A DNA stretch of 64,000 nucleotides, taken from Selenomonadaceae bacterium. Its GTDB lineage: Bacteria; Vulcanimicrobiota; Xenobia; Xenobiales; JADMJV01. The stretch's first letter is position 1. Each line of letters opens with the position of its first letter. The stretch is taken from the NCBI GenBank assembly GCA_037189585.1, contig JBBCJA010000012.1, positions 58,693-122,692 of the forward strand. The letters run 5' to 3'. The notes under the pieces are model-generated. The model searched no databases, had not been told where the DNA came from, and worked only from the letters and a program-made list of their open reading frames with translations. Made by a program: the position numbers and the translations under genes. This document shows, one piece after another, positions 26,788 to 36,770 of this stretch.

Positions 26788-29700
26788 CTAACCCGGATTT
26801 CTCTTGCCCAGGCGCAGGTAGAAGGCGGGTAGGAGAAACAGGCTCAGCACGGTGGAGGATGCCATGCCGCCGAGGATGACCAGCGCCATGGGGTACTCGA
26901 TCTCGTAGCCGGGAAGGTTGCCCCCCAGGGCGATGGGCAGCAGGGCCAGGATCTGAGTCAGCGCGGTCATCAGGACCGGGACGACCCTCTCACATGAGCC
27001 GCGGACCACCAGGTCCGGTCCGAAGGCGTAGCCTTCCTCCTCCTCCAGATGCCGGTAGTGACTGACCATCATGATCCCGTTGCGCGCGGCGATTCCGATG
27101 ACCGCCACGAATCCGACCAGGGAGCCGAGGGAGATGACTCCTCCTCCCCAGACGATCCCCGCCATCCCTCCGATCAAGGAGAAGGGTAAGGAGAGGAAGA
27201 TGACGGCCACCATGCGCGGCGACTCGAAGTCGGACTGCAGCAGTACCAGGATGAGGACCAGTGAAAGAATCGCCAAGGCTGAAAGACGCTTGAAGGCAGC
27301 CTCCTGAGCCTCGAACTCGCCCAGCGTTTCCGGATAGTACCCCGGTTCGAACTCCACCGACTTGAGCTTCTCGCGGATCCCCGCCGCCACACTGCCGAGG
27401 TCTTGCCCCTTGACATTGCAGGTCACGTCGATGCGGCGGGTGGCTCCTTCTCGAACGATGGCGTTGGGAGCGGAAACGATAGCGATCTCGGCCACCTCCG
27501 CTAAAGGAACTCGGTCCCCCGTGGGGGTCTCTACTAAAATCTCTCGAAGAGACTTGAGATCGCCGCGGACCGACCCTTCACTCCAGACGACCACGTCTTG
27601 GATGGCTTGCCCCTCGTAGAGCTCCCCAACCTTCAAGCCGCTGAGAAAGACGCTCTCCGCGCGCCGGATGTCCTGCTCGGTGATCCCATAGAAGGCCGCT
27701 TGCTCCGGACGCATACGAACCGAAATCTGAGGGACCAAAACTTGAGCCTCGACTTTGAGGTCGACCACCCCGGGCACTCCGGAGATGGCTGCCGCGACCT
27801 TGTGGGCCGAGTTGCGCAGGCCCTTCAACTCGGGGCCGGAGATGCGAACCACGATACTGGCATCGGCGCCGCTCAACACCTCTTTGACCCGCTCACGCAG
27901 ATAGGTGAGCACGTCGCGATGAAGGCCGGGATAGCCGTGGACCACCTCCTGAATTTTCTCCACCGTGGCGTCATAGTCGACGTTCGGCTCGATGCTGATC
28001 CAAAGCTCGGTGAAGTTGGGACCCACCACTTCGTCGGCCGCCTCGGCTCGCCCGATGTGAGCCCCGAAATTCCTGACCCCGGGGATCGACATCAGCTCTT
28101 CGCTGCCCTTGATGGTGATTCTGCGCATCGCCTCCAGGGACGTTCCCGGCTTTTCCACCCAGTGCATCAGAAAGTCGTTCTCTTTAAAGTGAGGCAAGAA
28201 CTCCTGACCGAATCGTCCGAAGGAGACGAAGGTCCCTATCAGACAGACGACGAGAAGGACCGCGGCCAGACCCGCTCTCTCCATCGTTAGAGCCAGAAGA
28301 CGACGGTAAACTTTTTGAATCCATCCTGCCAATACCCCGGTGTGGGACGAATCCGCCTCAACCTTAAGGCCCATCATGCAAAGTGCCGGTGTCACCGTGA
28401 GGGCCACCACCAAAGAGACCAGAATGGCCAGGGCGTAAGCGAAGGCTAAAGGTCGAAAGAACGCTCCGGCCAGGCCGTCCAGAAAAAACACGGGGATGAT
28501 GGTCACGATCACGATAGCGCTGGCGTAGACGATGGCCGAGCGGACCTCGACCGAAGCGTCCAGGATCACCTTCATCTTCGGCTCGGGATGCTCCAGCGCA
28601 GCGTTGAGGCGCAGGCGGCGGTTGATGTTCTCCACGTCGATGATGGCGTCGTCCACCACCGAGCCTAAAGCGATGGCGAAGCCCGCGATGACCATGGTGT
28701 TCACCGACTGCCCCATGGCGACGATAATCAGGATCGCGGCAAGTAATGAGATCGGAATGGCGACCGCGCTGATCAGAGCGCTTCTTAGGTCCGAGAGAAA
28801 GACCAGCAACACCACGACCACCATGACGCAGCCCAATCCTAGTGCCCAGGAGAGATTGTCCAGGGCCGTCTCGACGAAGGTGGCGGGTCGAAAGATGGTG
28901 GTGTCAAACTCCATGTCGGGAAGACCGGGACTCAAAGCTTGTAGGGCTTCCTCGATGCCCCGCGTGACCTCCAGGGTGTTCCCCCAAGGATACTTCTCCA
29001 CGATCAAGAGAAGGCCGGGCTGGCTGTTGATCACGGCGTCGCCGATGGCCGGCGGGGAGCCGATCTGAACCTTCGCCACGTCTCCCACCGTCACGGGGGT
29101 GCCGTTTCTGGAGGTCACCACGGCGCGGGTCAAGTCCTCGGGTGATCGAACCCAGCTCTGATGGCGAACGGGAAGGCGCTGGTTAGGGGTGTCGATGAAT
29201 CCTCCCCCACCCAGCGAGACGGCTCCGGCCACCGCGGTCATGACCTCCTGCAGGGAGACGTTCTGTTGGGCCAGGCGACGTGGTTCGACCATGACCTGGT
29301 ACTGTCGATTGTTCTGCCCCCAGATGGCGACGTTGGCCACCCCCGGCACGGCCATCAAGCGCGGACGGATGACCCAGCGGGCTGACTCGGACATCTCCAT
29401 CTGAGACAGTTTTTCAGAGGTGATACCCACCTTGAGAACTCGGCTGGTGGAGGACAACGGTGGAAGGATGACAGGCGGTCGAGCCGCCGCCGGCAGTCGC
29501 GGAGCGACCTGGGCCAGCCTCTCCTGAACGTTCTGCCTGGCAACCTCGAGATCGGCCCCGCGCTCTAAGATGAGAGTCACGGAGGAGAGTCCGAGAACCG
29601 ACTTAGAGCGCAAGGTCTCGACAAAAGGGGTGCTGGTCAGCGCGTTCTCGATGGGGATGGAGATCAGCTGCTCCATCTCTTCGGTGGATAGCCCCGGACC

Positions 29701-29856
29701 TTCCGTCTGCACCTCGACTCGAGGCGGGGCGAACTCGGGAAAGACGTCCATTTGAGAGTGTTGAAGGGAGATCACTCCCAGGCCGACCACCGCGAGTGCG
29801 GCGGTGACCACCAGGAGTCGGAAACGCATGGAGCTTTCAATCAGTGCGGCTAACAT
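26788..29856 (-). CDS. RND efflux transporter permease subunit (CzcA/CusA-like heavy-metal-efflux family)
   Basis: 1022 aa, 12 TM, two large periplasmic loops. The N-terminus [20 protein letters not shown] is typical of HME-RND. Gene order is OMF-MFP-RND. Confidence 0.85.
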   Translation of the reverse strand: MLAALIESSMRFRLLVVTAALAVVGLGVISLQHSQMDVFPEFAPPRVEVQTEGPGLSTEEMEQLISIPIENALTSTPFVETLRSKSVLGLSSVTLILERGADLEVARQNVQERLAQVAPRLPAAARPPVILPPLSSTSRVLKVGITSEKLSQMEMSESARWVIRPRLMAVPGVANVAIWGQNNRQYQVMVEPRRLAQQNVSLQEVMTAVAGAVSLGGGGFIDTPNQRLPVRHQSWVRSPEDLTRAVVTSRNGTPVTVGDVAKVQIGSPPAIGDAVINSQPGLLLIVEKYPWGNTLEVTRGIEEALQALSPGLPDMEFDTTIFRPATFVETALDNLSWALGLGCVMVVVVLLVFLSDLRSALISAVAIPISLLAAILIIVAMGQSVNTMVIAGFAIALGSVVDDAIIDVENINRRLRLNAALEHPEPKMKVILDASVEVRSAIVYASAIVIVTIIPVFFLDGLAGAFFRPLAFAYALAILVSLVVALTVTPALCMMGLKVEADSSHTGVLAGWIQKVYRRLLALTMERAGLAAVLLVVCLIGTFVSFGRFGQEFLPHFKENDFLMHWVEKPGTSLEAMRRITIKGSEELMSIPGVRNFGAHIGRAEAADEVVGPNFTELWISIEPNVDYDATVEKIQEVVHGYPGLHRDVLTYLRERVKEVLSGADASIVVRISGPELKGLRNSAHKVAAAISGVPGVVDLKVEAQVLVPQISVRMRPEQAAFYGITEQDIRRAESVFLSGLKVGELYEGQAIQDVVVWSEGSVRGDLKSLREILVETPTGDRVPLAEVAEIAIVSAPNAIVREGATRRIDVTCNVKGQDLGSVAAGIREKLKSVEFEPGYYPETLGEFEAQEAAFKRLSALAILSLVLILVLLQSDFESPRMVAVIFLSLPFSLIGGMAGIVWGGGVISLGSLVGFVAVIGIAARNGIMMVSHYRHLEEEEGYAFGPDLVVRGSCERVVPVLMTALTQILALLPIALGGNLPGYEIEYPMALVILGGMASSTVLSLFLLPAFYLRLGKRNPG

Positions 29857-31103
29857 CAGTCGTTACCAAACTCCACTCCGAAAATTTCCGCCGCCCCGTC
29901 GGCCACCACCTGAACTCCAAGCTCGGGCCCCTCGGACAACACCGCGAGACCATCTCTCAAGCTTTCGACCACGACTCGAACTCTTCGGTAGGTCTGTGGC
30001 TCGGTGCGAACGTAGACCCAGGCTCCGCCGTGAATGTCGTAGAGGATCGAAGCCGCCGGAACCACCAGGTACTGCCCCGCGCCTTTGAGAGCCAGAGTCG
30101 CCATCACGCGCTGATCGGGTCCCAAGGATTCCCGCGAGTTCTCCACCTGGTAGTAAAGATCGAAGGTCGAGGTCAACTGGTCGGCCGTGGGCGGACCCTT
30201 GACCGGTTTGGCTTGGAACTTTTTCCCCGAGACCGAGATCGCGGCGACCTCCTGGGGAAGCACCTCGGAGGCCTCGCTTTGCGGCACACGCACTCGAATC
30301 CAGAGCTGTCCCAGATCGACCAAGTCGAGCAGCGGTTGGCCGGCCGACACGGACTGGCCGGAGGAGACCATCACTCTGAGGATGGTTCCGCTCAGGGGAG
30401 CGACCTGGCTCAGCGGTGTGGGAGACCATGGTTTGGGGGCGTGGTCGACGCGCCGGATGGTCTGTTTCTCCCGTTGGGCCGCTTCCACGGTTTTTTGAGC
30501 GATGTTGCGGCGGGCCACGGCGTCGTCGACTCTTTTGCGACTCCCGACCTGTTGCTCGAAAAGCTCATTTGACCGTCGTAGCTCGATCTCGGCGGCCTCG
30601 AGCTCGGCTTCGGCCACGGCGATCCGTGTGGCGATGGCCGCGGCGCTTTGCTCCACGATGATTCGATTAGCGTTCAGCTGATCTATTTGAGCCGGGCCCA
30701 TAGCGAAGTCTCCCGCTGTTTGTAGAGGAACCAGGGAGAACAAGGACTGTCCTTTGGCCACGACGGTTCCCACCGCCAAGGGCTGGGGTCCCGTGTACTC
30801 CACCGTTCCGGCGGCCGGGGCCAGAAGCGTGGTCTGGCTCTGGGGCGGAAGCACGGTCACACCGGGATAGGTCCGGTGGTCAGAGATAGCCTGCCGCTTC
30901 GCTGGGACGACGGAGACCCCCAGGCGCTTCTCCGCCTTCTCCGTCAAACGAACGCTGGCAAGCTCCAGCTCGTCGGAGATCTGCATGACCGCGGCCGGCG
31001 GCGTCATGTGGGATGAGGGAGCGTGCGCTCCGCCTGCCCCTCCGCAACCGGACAGCGGAACAAGTGTCAATAAAGTCGCCAAAATAATTCTCACTATCAT
31101 CAA
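29856..31103 (-). CDS. RND efflux periplasmic adaptor (membrane fusion protein) lipoprotein
   Basis: Lipobox LSGCGG, a coiled-coil hairpin, and barrel-sandwich/beta-barrel regions. Its start and stop overlap the neighbouring genes. Confidence 0.8.
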   Translation of the reverse strand: MMIVRIILATLLTLVPLSGCGGAGGAHAPSSHMTPPAAVMQISDELELASVRLTEKAEKRLGVSVVPAKRQAISDHRTYPGVTVLPPQSQTTLLAPAAGTVEYTGPQPLAVGTVVAKGQSLFSLVPLQTAGDFAMGPAQIDQLNANRIIVEQSAAAIATRIAVAEAELEAAEIELRRSNELFEQQVGSRKRVDDAVARRNIAQKTVEAAQREKQTIRRVDHAPKPWSPTPLSQVAPLSGTILRVMVSSGQSVSAGQPLLDLVDLGQLWIRVRVPQSEASEVLPQEVAAISVSGKKFQAKPVKGPPTADQLTSTFDLYYQVENSRESLGPDQRVMATLALKGAGQYLVVPAASILYDIHGGAWVYVRTEPQTYRRVRVVVESLRDGLAVLSEGPELGVQVVADGAAEIFGVEFGND

Positions 31104-32365
31104 TCCTCTCTCGTGAAACGAACGTTGACCGCCAACTCCAGCTCGCCCAGGGCTCTATGCAAGAGCGCGATATCGGCTAAGAAAGCTTGGCGTTGTCGCT
31201 GCACCGACTGCCCGGCCAGCAAAACATCGGTAATGTCGCCCTGACCGAGTTCGTAGGTCTTGTGAGCCAGTTCCAGCACTCGGTCGGCCTGGGGCTGCAG
31301 CACCTGCAAATCATGGCTCACCTGGCGGCGAGCGTTTTGAAAGTTGGTCCAAGCCAGGGCCACGGCTTGCTCAGCCGCTACCAGCGTGGCCTGATGGCGA
31401 AGCAGCGCTTCTTGCTCGCGAGAGCGCGCCTGCCGCACCTCCCCACTCCGGTCACTGCCCAATGGGATCTCCACCTGCACCCCCGCCTGGTAAGTGAAAG
31501 CCGGGTAGATCGGGTCGTAGAGCAGCGCCGCCTGGAGGGAAAGGTCGGGAGATTGGTTGGCCCGGGCCAGATCCACTCGGTGGCGGGCCGTTTCTACCTG
31601 CTGAACGGCCAGGGCCAGGTCAGGCCGGTTTTCTCTGGCCAGCTCCTGAAGTGTGAACAGGTCCGGCAGGTCCCATTCCGGCCCCTCGATGGAGACTTCG
31701 GTGGGAAAGAGCGCACCGTCGCTCACCACGTCAAGCCGCATCTCGAGGGGCTGGCCCAGCAACCGGTTTAGGGTCAGAAGGGCGGTTTCCACGCGGTTCT
31801 CCGCAGGATAGATGAGGCGCTGGTTCTGCTCTTTCTCGAAGACCCCCCGAATGACATCGGCCTCGGCGATGTCGCCCGCCTGAAACCTTCGGGTCGCCGC
31901 TTCCACCAAACGATCATAAAATTCCAGGTCGCGCCGACTCTGCTCTAAGACAGCCCCCGCGATGGCGAGCTCCACGAAAGCGTTACGGGTTTGGTTCAAA
32001 ACGACCAGGCGAGCCTGAGAGCGGGAAAGCGCGGCCTCCTTGACGCCGTCCTCGGCCACCGTCACGCGGGCTCTCCGCCGCCCTCCGGTCTCTAGAGGGA
32101 CGTCGAAGGTCAGTCTCTGCTTACGCTCCGCCGGTCCGATCGGAAAGGCGTAACTCAAGCTAGGGTTCGGTCGCTGCTCGGCGATGGAGATGGCGTCTCG
32201 GGCGACCTCGATACCTTGCTCTACGACCAGGAGATCAGGGTTGCGACTCTCGGCAAGTTCCAGTGCCTGCCCCAAGGTCAAGCGCACGCCCTCCTCCGAG
32301 GGAGCGCCCATCGCTTTAGGCGGGCAGATGCCGACCAACAGAAGAAGAAAGAGAAGGAGCTTCAC
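31100..32365 (-). CDS. TolC-like outer membrane efflux factor (CzcC-like). The probable GTG start is at about 32365. The track ORF runs to 32455 and would read through repeat copy E.
   Basis: Signal-peptide-like VKLLLFLLLLVGIC follows the alternative start. There are two helical/beta-repeat halves with TolC-family patterning. Confidence 0.75.
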   Translation of the reverse strand: MKLLLFLLLLVGICPPKAMGAPSEEGVRLTLGQALELAESRNPDLLVVEQGIEVARDAISIAEQRPNPSLSYAFPIGPAERKQRLTFDVPLETGGRRRARVTVAEDGVKEAALSRSQARLVVLNQTRNAFVELAIAGAVLEQSRRDLEFYDRLVEAATRRFQAGDIAEADVIRGVFEKEQNQRLIYPAENRVETALLTLNRLLGQPLEMRLDVVSDGALFPTEVSIEGPEWDLPDLFTLQELARENRPDLALAVQQVETARHRVDLARANQSPDLSLQAALLYDPIYPAFTYQAGVQVEIPLGSDRSGEVRQARSREQEALLRHQATLVAAEQAVALAWTNFQNARRQVSHDLQVLQPQADRVLELAHKTYELGQGDITDVLLAGQSVQRQRQAFLADIALLHRALGELELAVNVRFTRED

Positions 32366-32371
32366 GCCCCC

Positions 32372-32426
32372 GAGGCTAGCAAAGCTTCCTTGCGGCCAGC
32401 TTTCGTCTATATTACGGAGCGGTAAT
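32372..32426. repeat. Dispersed intergenic repeat unit (copy E)
   Basis: GCAAAGCTTCCTTGCGGCCAGCTTTCGTCTATATTACGGAGCGGTAATC. Confidence 0.6.
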
Positions 32427-32624
32427 CTCCGCCTTAGGTGGCCAAGGTCGACCAACTCCGCGGCGACTCGGAGCGAGTGGACGTGACTCGAGCTGGCTGG
32501 ACTCTCGTATCGGTTGGAGAGGCGACGAGGGTTCCATCAGCGACACCTGACCCAGAAGGCAGGAGCCGGACAGCAACCTCGACGTGCGACAGGCATCGAC
32601 TGTAGGTGACTCGAAATCCAAGCG

Positions 32625-33539
32625 ATGAGGACAGCTCTCCTGTTACTTCTTGCTCTCTTTTTCGTGCCGCCGGCGTCTGCCCAGGGCACGCCCGAGGCCA
32701 CCGTGGAACAGTTCTACCGTGACTGGCTGGCATGGCACAGCGGCCAGGGGCAACCCAGGGAAGATTGGGTAGCCCAGCACCGCTCGTTGCTGACTCCTTC
32801 GCTCTACAAGCCTCTGCACAAAGCGCTTTCGATCCATCCCAAGTACGGCTTGCCTCCCATCGATTTCGACCCCTTCACGAGTAGCCAGGTGAGCTTTGTG
32901 AGCTATCAGGTTGGACAGGCCAAGCTGGAGGGGGACACCGCCACCGTGCCGGTCGCGATGCGCCTCCAGACCCGCGTCTCAGAGCCGGGGACGGTCCATT
33001 ACCGCAAGATGCGTCTAGAAAGAACCGGCGGTGAATGGCAAATCTCGGACATCGTCTACCGGGAGGGCTCGCAGCTCTCCAGCGTCCTGGAAAGTCTGCG
33101 CGACTGGAAGCCGGTAAAACCCAGGGTCACCAACCAGGAAGCGGTCCAACGACTCTTTGACGGCTGGCTGGCGGAGAACCGAAAAGGCCAGCCGACGCCC
33201 GGGATGACGATCGCCTTCCTAGAGCGTCATCGAGATCTGCTGGCTCCCGAGACCGCCGACCTCCTTCTCGAAGCCTTAAGAACCTCACCCCCATTGGACC
33301 GTAACCTCTTTTGTAATGGCTCCTACAGGATGGTCAGCTACCAACTCGGCACCTCCTACGGCGGTGAATCCTTCTCAGTCCAAGTGCGACGGGAGGGGAA
33401 GGACGGCCAGAGCCATGTGCAGGGGCTGATGGTGGATGCGGCGGACGGGCGAGTGACGAACGTGATTTATGGACTGCCCGACGCTAACATGCTAGAGGTA
33501 TGCCGAAAGCACCTGGACCTGGCGCGCGCGCACCCCTGA
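32625..33539 (+). CDS. Secreted protein made of two internally duplicated ~130-aa domains
   Basis: Signal peptide MRTALLLLLALFFVPPASAQG. Repeat 1 is EQFYRDWLAWHSGQGQ...HRSLLTPSLYKPL. Repeat 2 is QRLFDGWLAENRKGQP...HRDLLAPETADLL. Confidence 0.5.
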   Translation: MRTALLLLLALFFVPPASAQGTPEATVEQFYRDWLAWHSGQGQPREDWVAQHRSLLTPSLYKPLHKALSIHPKYGLPPIDFDPFTSSQVSFVSYQVGQAKLEGDTATVPVAMRLQTRVSEPGTVHYRKMRLERTGGEWQISDIVYREGSQLSSVLESLRDWKPVKPRVTNQEAVQRLFDGWLAENRKGQPTPGMTIAFLERHRDLLAPETADLLLEALRTSPPLDRNLFCNGSYRMVSYQLGTSYGGESFSVQVRREGKDGQSHVQGLMVDAADGRVTNVIYGLPDANMLEVCRKHLDLARAHP

Positions 33540-33597
33540 GGCCGGCAAAGCTTCTTTACCGCCAGCTTTCGCTTATATTAAGTTAAGGAGCGGCAAT
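33538..33597. repeat. Dispersed intergenic repeat unit (copy F)
   Basis: GGCAAAGCTTCTTTACCGCCAGCTTTCGCTTATATTAAGTTAAGGAGCGGCAATC is nearly identical to copy E. Confidence 0.6.
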
Positions 33598-33619
33598 CTT
33601 GGGGGCTGAGTCCCGGTTC

Positions 33620-34528
33620 TTAACCCCGACGCTCGGCGCTTGCCTCTTCCAGGCGCTCGGCGCGTGCCTCTTCCAGGCGCTCAGCGTAGCCTTCGTTGGC
33701 CCACTCCGGAGGAGCGACATCGGGGTAGCGGTCCACCAGGTCCAAAATGACATCACGAGTCTCAGGGGTCGTCGCGTGGTCTAGAAGAAAGTCCACCGCT
33801 TCGTGGTCAAACCAGTCGAACATTCCCGAAATCGCGTTGTTGGCGGCAAGGTGGTGGTCAAGGTCGATCCGATAGGCATCGAGTCCAGAGAGAAAATCTG
33901 CCCGGGAAGGGGAGTGTTTTTCATGCTGTTTGGCTTGTTCCAACAGCATCTTCGCGACTTGAGAATGGTCTTGAGAGTCAGAAAATCTGAAAAGCTCCTC
34001 AGAGCGGCTATGAAAACTTGAGGGGGTGAGCTGTTGGCTAGAAATCCGTGCAAACTGAAGCTTGTCGGAAAGAGAGGTCGACTCGAGGTTAGCCGCCGTA
34101 CGCGCAATCACATCATCGCTACTCCCAGCGATCTGCTCGAAAGCCTGCTCGAGAGGGGCCTGCAGTGGTCCCCGGCGGTTGCTGAGAGAGAGCAGGTCGC
34201 CCAGCACCTGGAGAGGGCCTTGAATACTCCCAAAGCTAGTTCTCGTGGCTTGAAAAGCCACCGAGTCGAGAAGGGCGCGATTAAAGTTAAGCTTGTCCTT
34301 GCCGGTAAGTTCGGAGCCGACCGAGCGGAGGTGAGAAAGATTTTTCGCCAGAGCCGGGTCAGACTCGTAGCTCGTCACAGAGATCCGGTCGAGAGCCTGG
34401 TCTGCCGCGCTCTGATTCTTTTCCGTCGAGCGTAGAATATGAAATCGATTGGCCTCGCCGACGCCTTGTCTGGCCAATCCGGCAATGGAGTATCGGAGAG
34501 CGTTATTTGAGTTGAGTGAAGCGGTCAT
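33620..34528 (-). CDS. Hypothetical protein in a low-GC islet. It ends in the tandem peptide repeat AERLEEA(R/S)AERLEEA.
   Basis: 302-aa Ser/Leu/Ala-rich ORF with no signal peptide and no recognisable domain. Local GC is about 50-52%. Confidence 0.4.
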   Translation of the reverse strand: MTASLNSNNALRYSIAGLARQGVGEANRFHILRSTEKNQSAADQALDRISVTSYESDPALAKNLSHLRSVGSELTGKDKLNFNRALLDSVAFQATRTSFGSIQGPLQVLGDLLSLSNRRGPLQAPLEQAFEQIAGSSDDVIARTAANLESTSLSDKLQFARISSQQLTPSSFHSRSEELFRFSDSQDHSQVAKMLLEQAKQHEKHSPSRADFLSGLDAYRIDLDHHLAANNAISGMFDWFDHEAVDFLLDHATTPETRDVILDLVDRYPDVAPPEWANEGYAERLEEARAERLEEASAERRG

Positions 34529-34585
34529 CTGTCCTTGTCCTTTAGGGGTCTGACGTCAGACTAACCAGAAGGCGTTAAGATAGCG

Positions 34586-35239
34586 TTAAAGACTGGATAA
34601 AGAGCTATTGAGCCGGTTGGGTCTATGCACTCTTTTTTGCTGGTGGTCGTAGAAGACGGCGTCGGGATGTGAGTATATGATGGAGCCTCGATTTTGGGCA
34701 GTTTCTATCGAGTGATAGATCGCGAGCGTATCATAGTTGAGGAGGCTCACAAGGACATTATCGCCGTCAGTGAAAGCGAGCAGGAGAGATTCCATGCCAA
34801 GAACTTCACGGTCGTGTCCAAACCAGTGATTCCAGGCATAGAACGGAGTCAGGCTAGAGAGTTTCCTTGGCCTCGTTGATATCCAGCGCTCGGTGACATC
34901 CCACTCCTGGTATTGGGATTTGCTGTCGAAAAAGGTCTCGATAAAGGGACCTAGCTCCACACAAAGTGATTGTAGGAATCGCATCCAACAGACGGAAAGC
35001 CGCTGGCCATCCACCAAAACGAGTTCCAGTCCGTAGTCCAGTTCGTCAAACTCTTCTTGTTGCCATCCATGCTGTGTCCACTCGCAGTCTCCCTCAACTT
35101 TGATTCCAAAGTAGCGAACCTGGCAGACCTCAGAGCCGATGAGACTGTGAAGGCAAACGGAGGCAGATTCGACGTCCTGATAGCAGTCTGCATAAGCAAC
35201 CGAATTGGGAGAGAGCTCCAGATGCGGGGCTCGACTCAT
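34586..35239 (-). CDS. Hypothetical cytoplasmic acidic Trp-rich protein in a low-GC islet
   Basis: 217 aa with no known motif. It is co-oriented with and upstream of the 33620..34528 gene. Local GC is about 50%. Confidence 0.4.
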   Translation of the reverse strand: MSRAPHLELSPNSVAYADCYQDVESASVCLHSLIGSEVCQVRYFGIKVEGDCEWTQHGWQQEEFDELDYGLELVLVDGQRLSVCWMRFLQSLCVELGPFIETFFDSKSQYQEWDVTERWISTRPRKLSSLTPFYAWNHWFGHDREVLGMESLLLAFTDGDNVLVSLLNYDTLAIYHSIETAQNRGSIIYSHPDAVFYDHQQKRVHRPNRLNSSLSSL

Positions 35240-35266
35240 TCTTGACAGAGTATCAGAGAATGAGTT

Positions 35267-35655
35267 TTACGTGGAGGTATCCCAGAAGTTGGCTTCAACT
35301 TTGTTGCCGTCGGGGTCAAGGATAAAACAGCCGTAGTAGGGTTCTCCGTAGTGAGGTCGAGGTCCCGGTAGGCCGTTGTCTCGTCCACCGGCATCGAGCG
35401 CCGTCTTATAGAACAGGTCGACCTCTTCTTTCGAAGAGGCGGTGAAGCTAAAGTGGATACCATTTCCGGGATTCGCGGGCTGACCATCGAGCGGGGTTTG
35501 CACCCAGAACTCGGGAAACAGCTTTCCATAGGCGACCGCGCCCGGATGCTCGAGAATACGGTGGGCCCCGACTACGGCGAGCACACGATCATAAAAATCG
35601 GTCGCCCGGGCAAAGTCGTTGGTGCCCAATGAGACGTGATTGATAATGCTAGGAT
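35267..35655 (-). CDS. VOC-family (glyoxalase/bleomycin-resistance/dioxygenase) protein. The probable GTG start is at about 35655. The track ORF extension to 35947 is rejected.
   Basis: NHVSLGTNDFARATDFYDRVLAVVGA ... YGCFILDPDGNKVEA. There is an AGGAG SD upstream of the GTG. Confidence 0.6.
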
Positions 35656-35672
35656 TGTCCACGGCTGCTGTT

Positions 35673-36182
35673 TTACTCCTCCGCCGGTGCGGTCGTGGAC
35701 GGCTCCAGACCGAAGACTTGAATGGATTTGAGGCCATAGACGGAGCGGCTAGGCCTTTCATCACCGGTGACCAGCAGGCGAACTTTCTCGCCGTCCTCAG
35801 ACCATACGATGTAGGCCGGGCGGTTTCCGAAAGTGGGCAAAAGCTCGCCCAGGGCCACGGTGGCCAGGTAGCCATCTTCTCCCACGGCCAGACAGACGAA
35901 GGCCAGGTTGGCGTTCTTCCTGTCAGAAGGTGTGTCCAACTGAGCAAAGTCCAGGCACTGCAAGAGTTCCAGTGCGTAGCCTGACTCCTGGCGGTCCTTG
36001 ATCGGATAAGTCATAAGTTGAACCTTATCCGGCCAGCGCTTTTGGGCCGACCGCAAGGTCAGCTCCAAGGGTTGCTTGAGCTTACCGGTGATAGCCACGG
36101 AGGCGGGGTCCGCTTGAGCCGCGCCAAGAGAGAGCAGAACGACAAATCCCAGGATGAAACTTCTCACTGACTTGAAACCCAT
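35673..36182 (-). CDS. Hypothetical secreted protein starting at MGFKSV, not at the track ORF start 36272
   Basis: Signal peptide MGFKSVRSFILGFVVLLSLGAAQA. A GAGGAGGA SD lies 7 nt upstream. Confidence 0.45.
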   Translation of the reverse strand: MGFKSVRSFILGFVVLLSLGAAQADPASVAITGKLKQPLELTLRSAQKRWPDKVQLMTYPIKDRQESGYALELLQCLDFAQLDTPSDRKNANLAFVCLAVGEDGYLATVALGELLPTFGNRPAYIVWSEDGEKVRLLVTGDERPSRSVYGLKSIQVFGLEPSTTAPAEE

Positions 36183-36357
36183 GCGGGTAATCCTCCTCGA
36201 GAACCTGGACCTATTTTGGAATCCGTCTCGCGAATCCGTTCCCAGATCGGACCAAACCCTCCTTCGTTTCAAAATCGTTTCGAATGTTTCAAAGTTTTTT
36301 CAGAACGTTCCGTTAAATTGATGCCACAAGAACATCAAATATATAGAGGATACGAAA

Positions 36358-36729
36358 ATGCTTACTGCTCTGAACAACTCACCCACCCTCGGCTCCAACT
36401 ACAAATTCGACCGCACCCAAAACTCCGACCCCGCCACCAATCCGAACCGGGCTCCCGCCGAGAGCTTCCGCTCCAGCGAATCGGTCGACGCCGGTCTGAT
36501 GCCCCGCGGATTCGCCCAGTCCAAGGATGTCGCTAAGAGCGAAGAAGCTCAGCCCACCAAAGAATCTTTCTGGGATCGCTTCGGCACCGGCGCCGGCATT
36601 GGTGCTCTCATCGGAGGCATCGCCCCAGGTGTAGTCCTTCCCTTCATCGGCTTCGCCCTGGCTCCGGTAGGAATGGCCACCGGCGCGCTGATCGGCGGAA
36701 CTGTGGCTGGTTTTTGCGGCAAAGAGTAA
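36358..36729 (+). CDS. Small glycine-zipper membrane protein
   Basis: The C-terminus GAGIGALIGGIAPGVVLPFIGFALAPVGMATGALIGGTVAGF carries GxxxG zipper motifs. An AGAGGA SD is present. A TTGATG(N9)CATCAA palindrome lies in the upstream AT-rich region. Confidence 0.5.
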   Translation: MLTALNNSPTLGSNYKFDRTQNSDPATNPNRAPAESFRSSESVDAGLMPRGFAQSKDVAKSEEAQPTKESFWDRFGTGAGIGALIGGIAPGVVLPFIGFALAPVGMATGALIGGTVAGFCGKE

Positions 36730-36770
36730 CCTTCTACTTCCACCTTTGACATAACAGACACCGGCAAGGC

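Noticed and set aside
27343-27356. tRNA T-arm-like GGTTCGAACTCC
   Set aside because: It lies inside the conserved RND permease coding sequence, and no acceptor or anticodon stem context could be assembled. I identified no convincing tRNA in the window by eye. A tRNAscan-SE run would be decisive.
27598-30572. Long antisense ORFs inside the RND/MFP genes (27598..28290 +, 29844..30572 +, 28532..29068 +) and similar ones inside cheA, the MCP gene and the hybrid HK gene
   Set aside because: These are typical GC-rich antisense open frames. They have no motifs and lie wholly inside strongly supported genes on the other strand.
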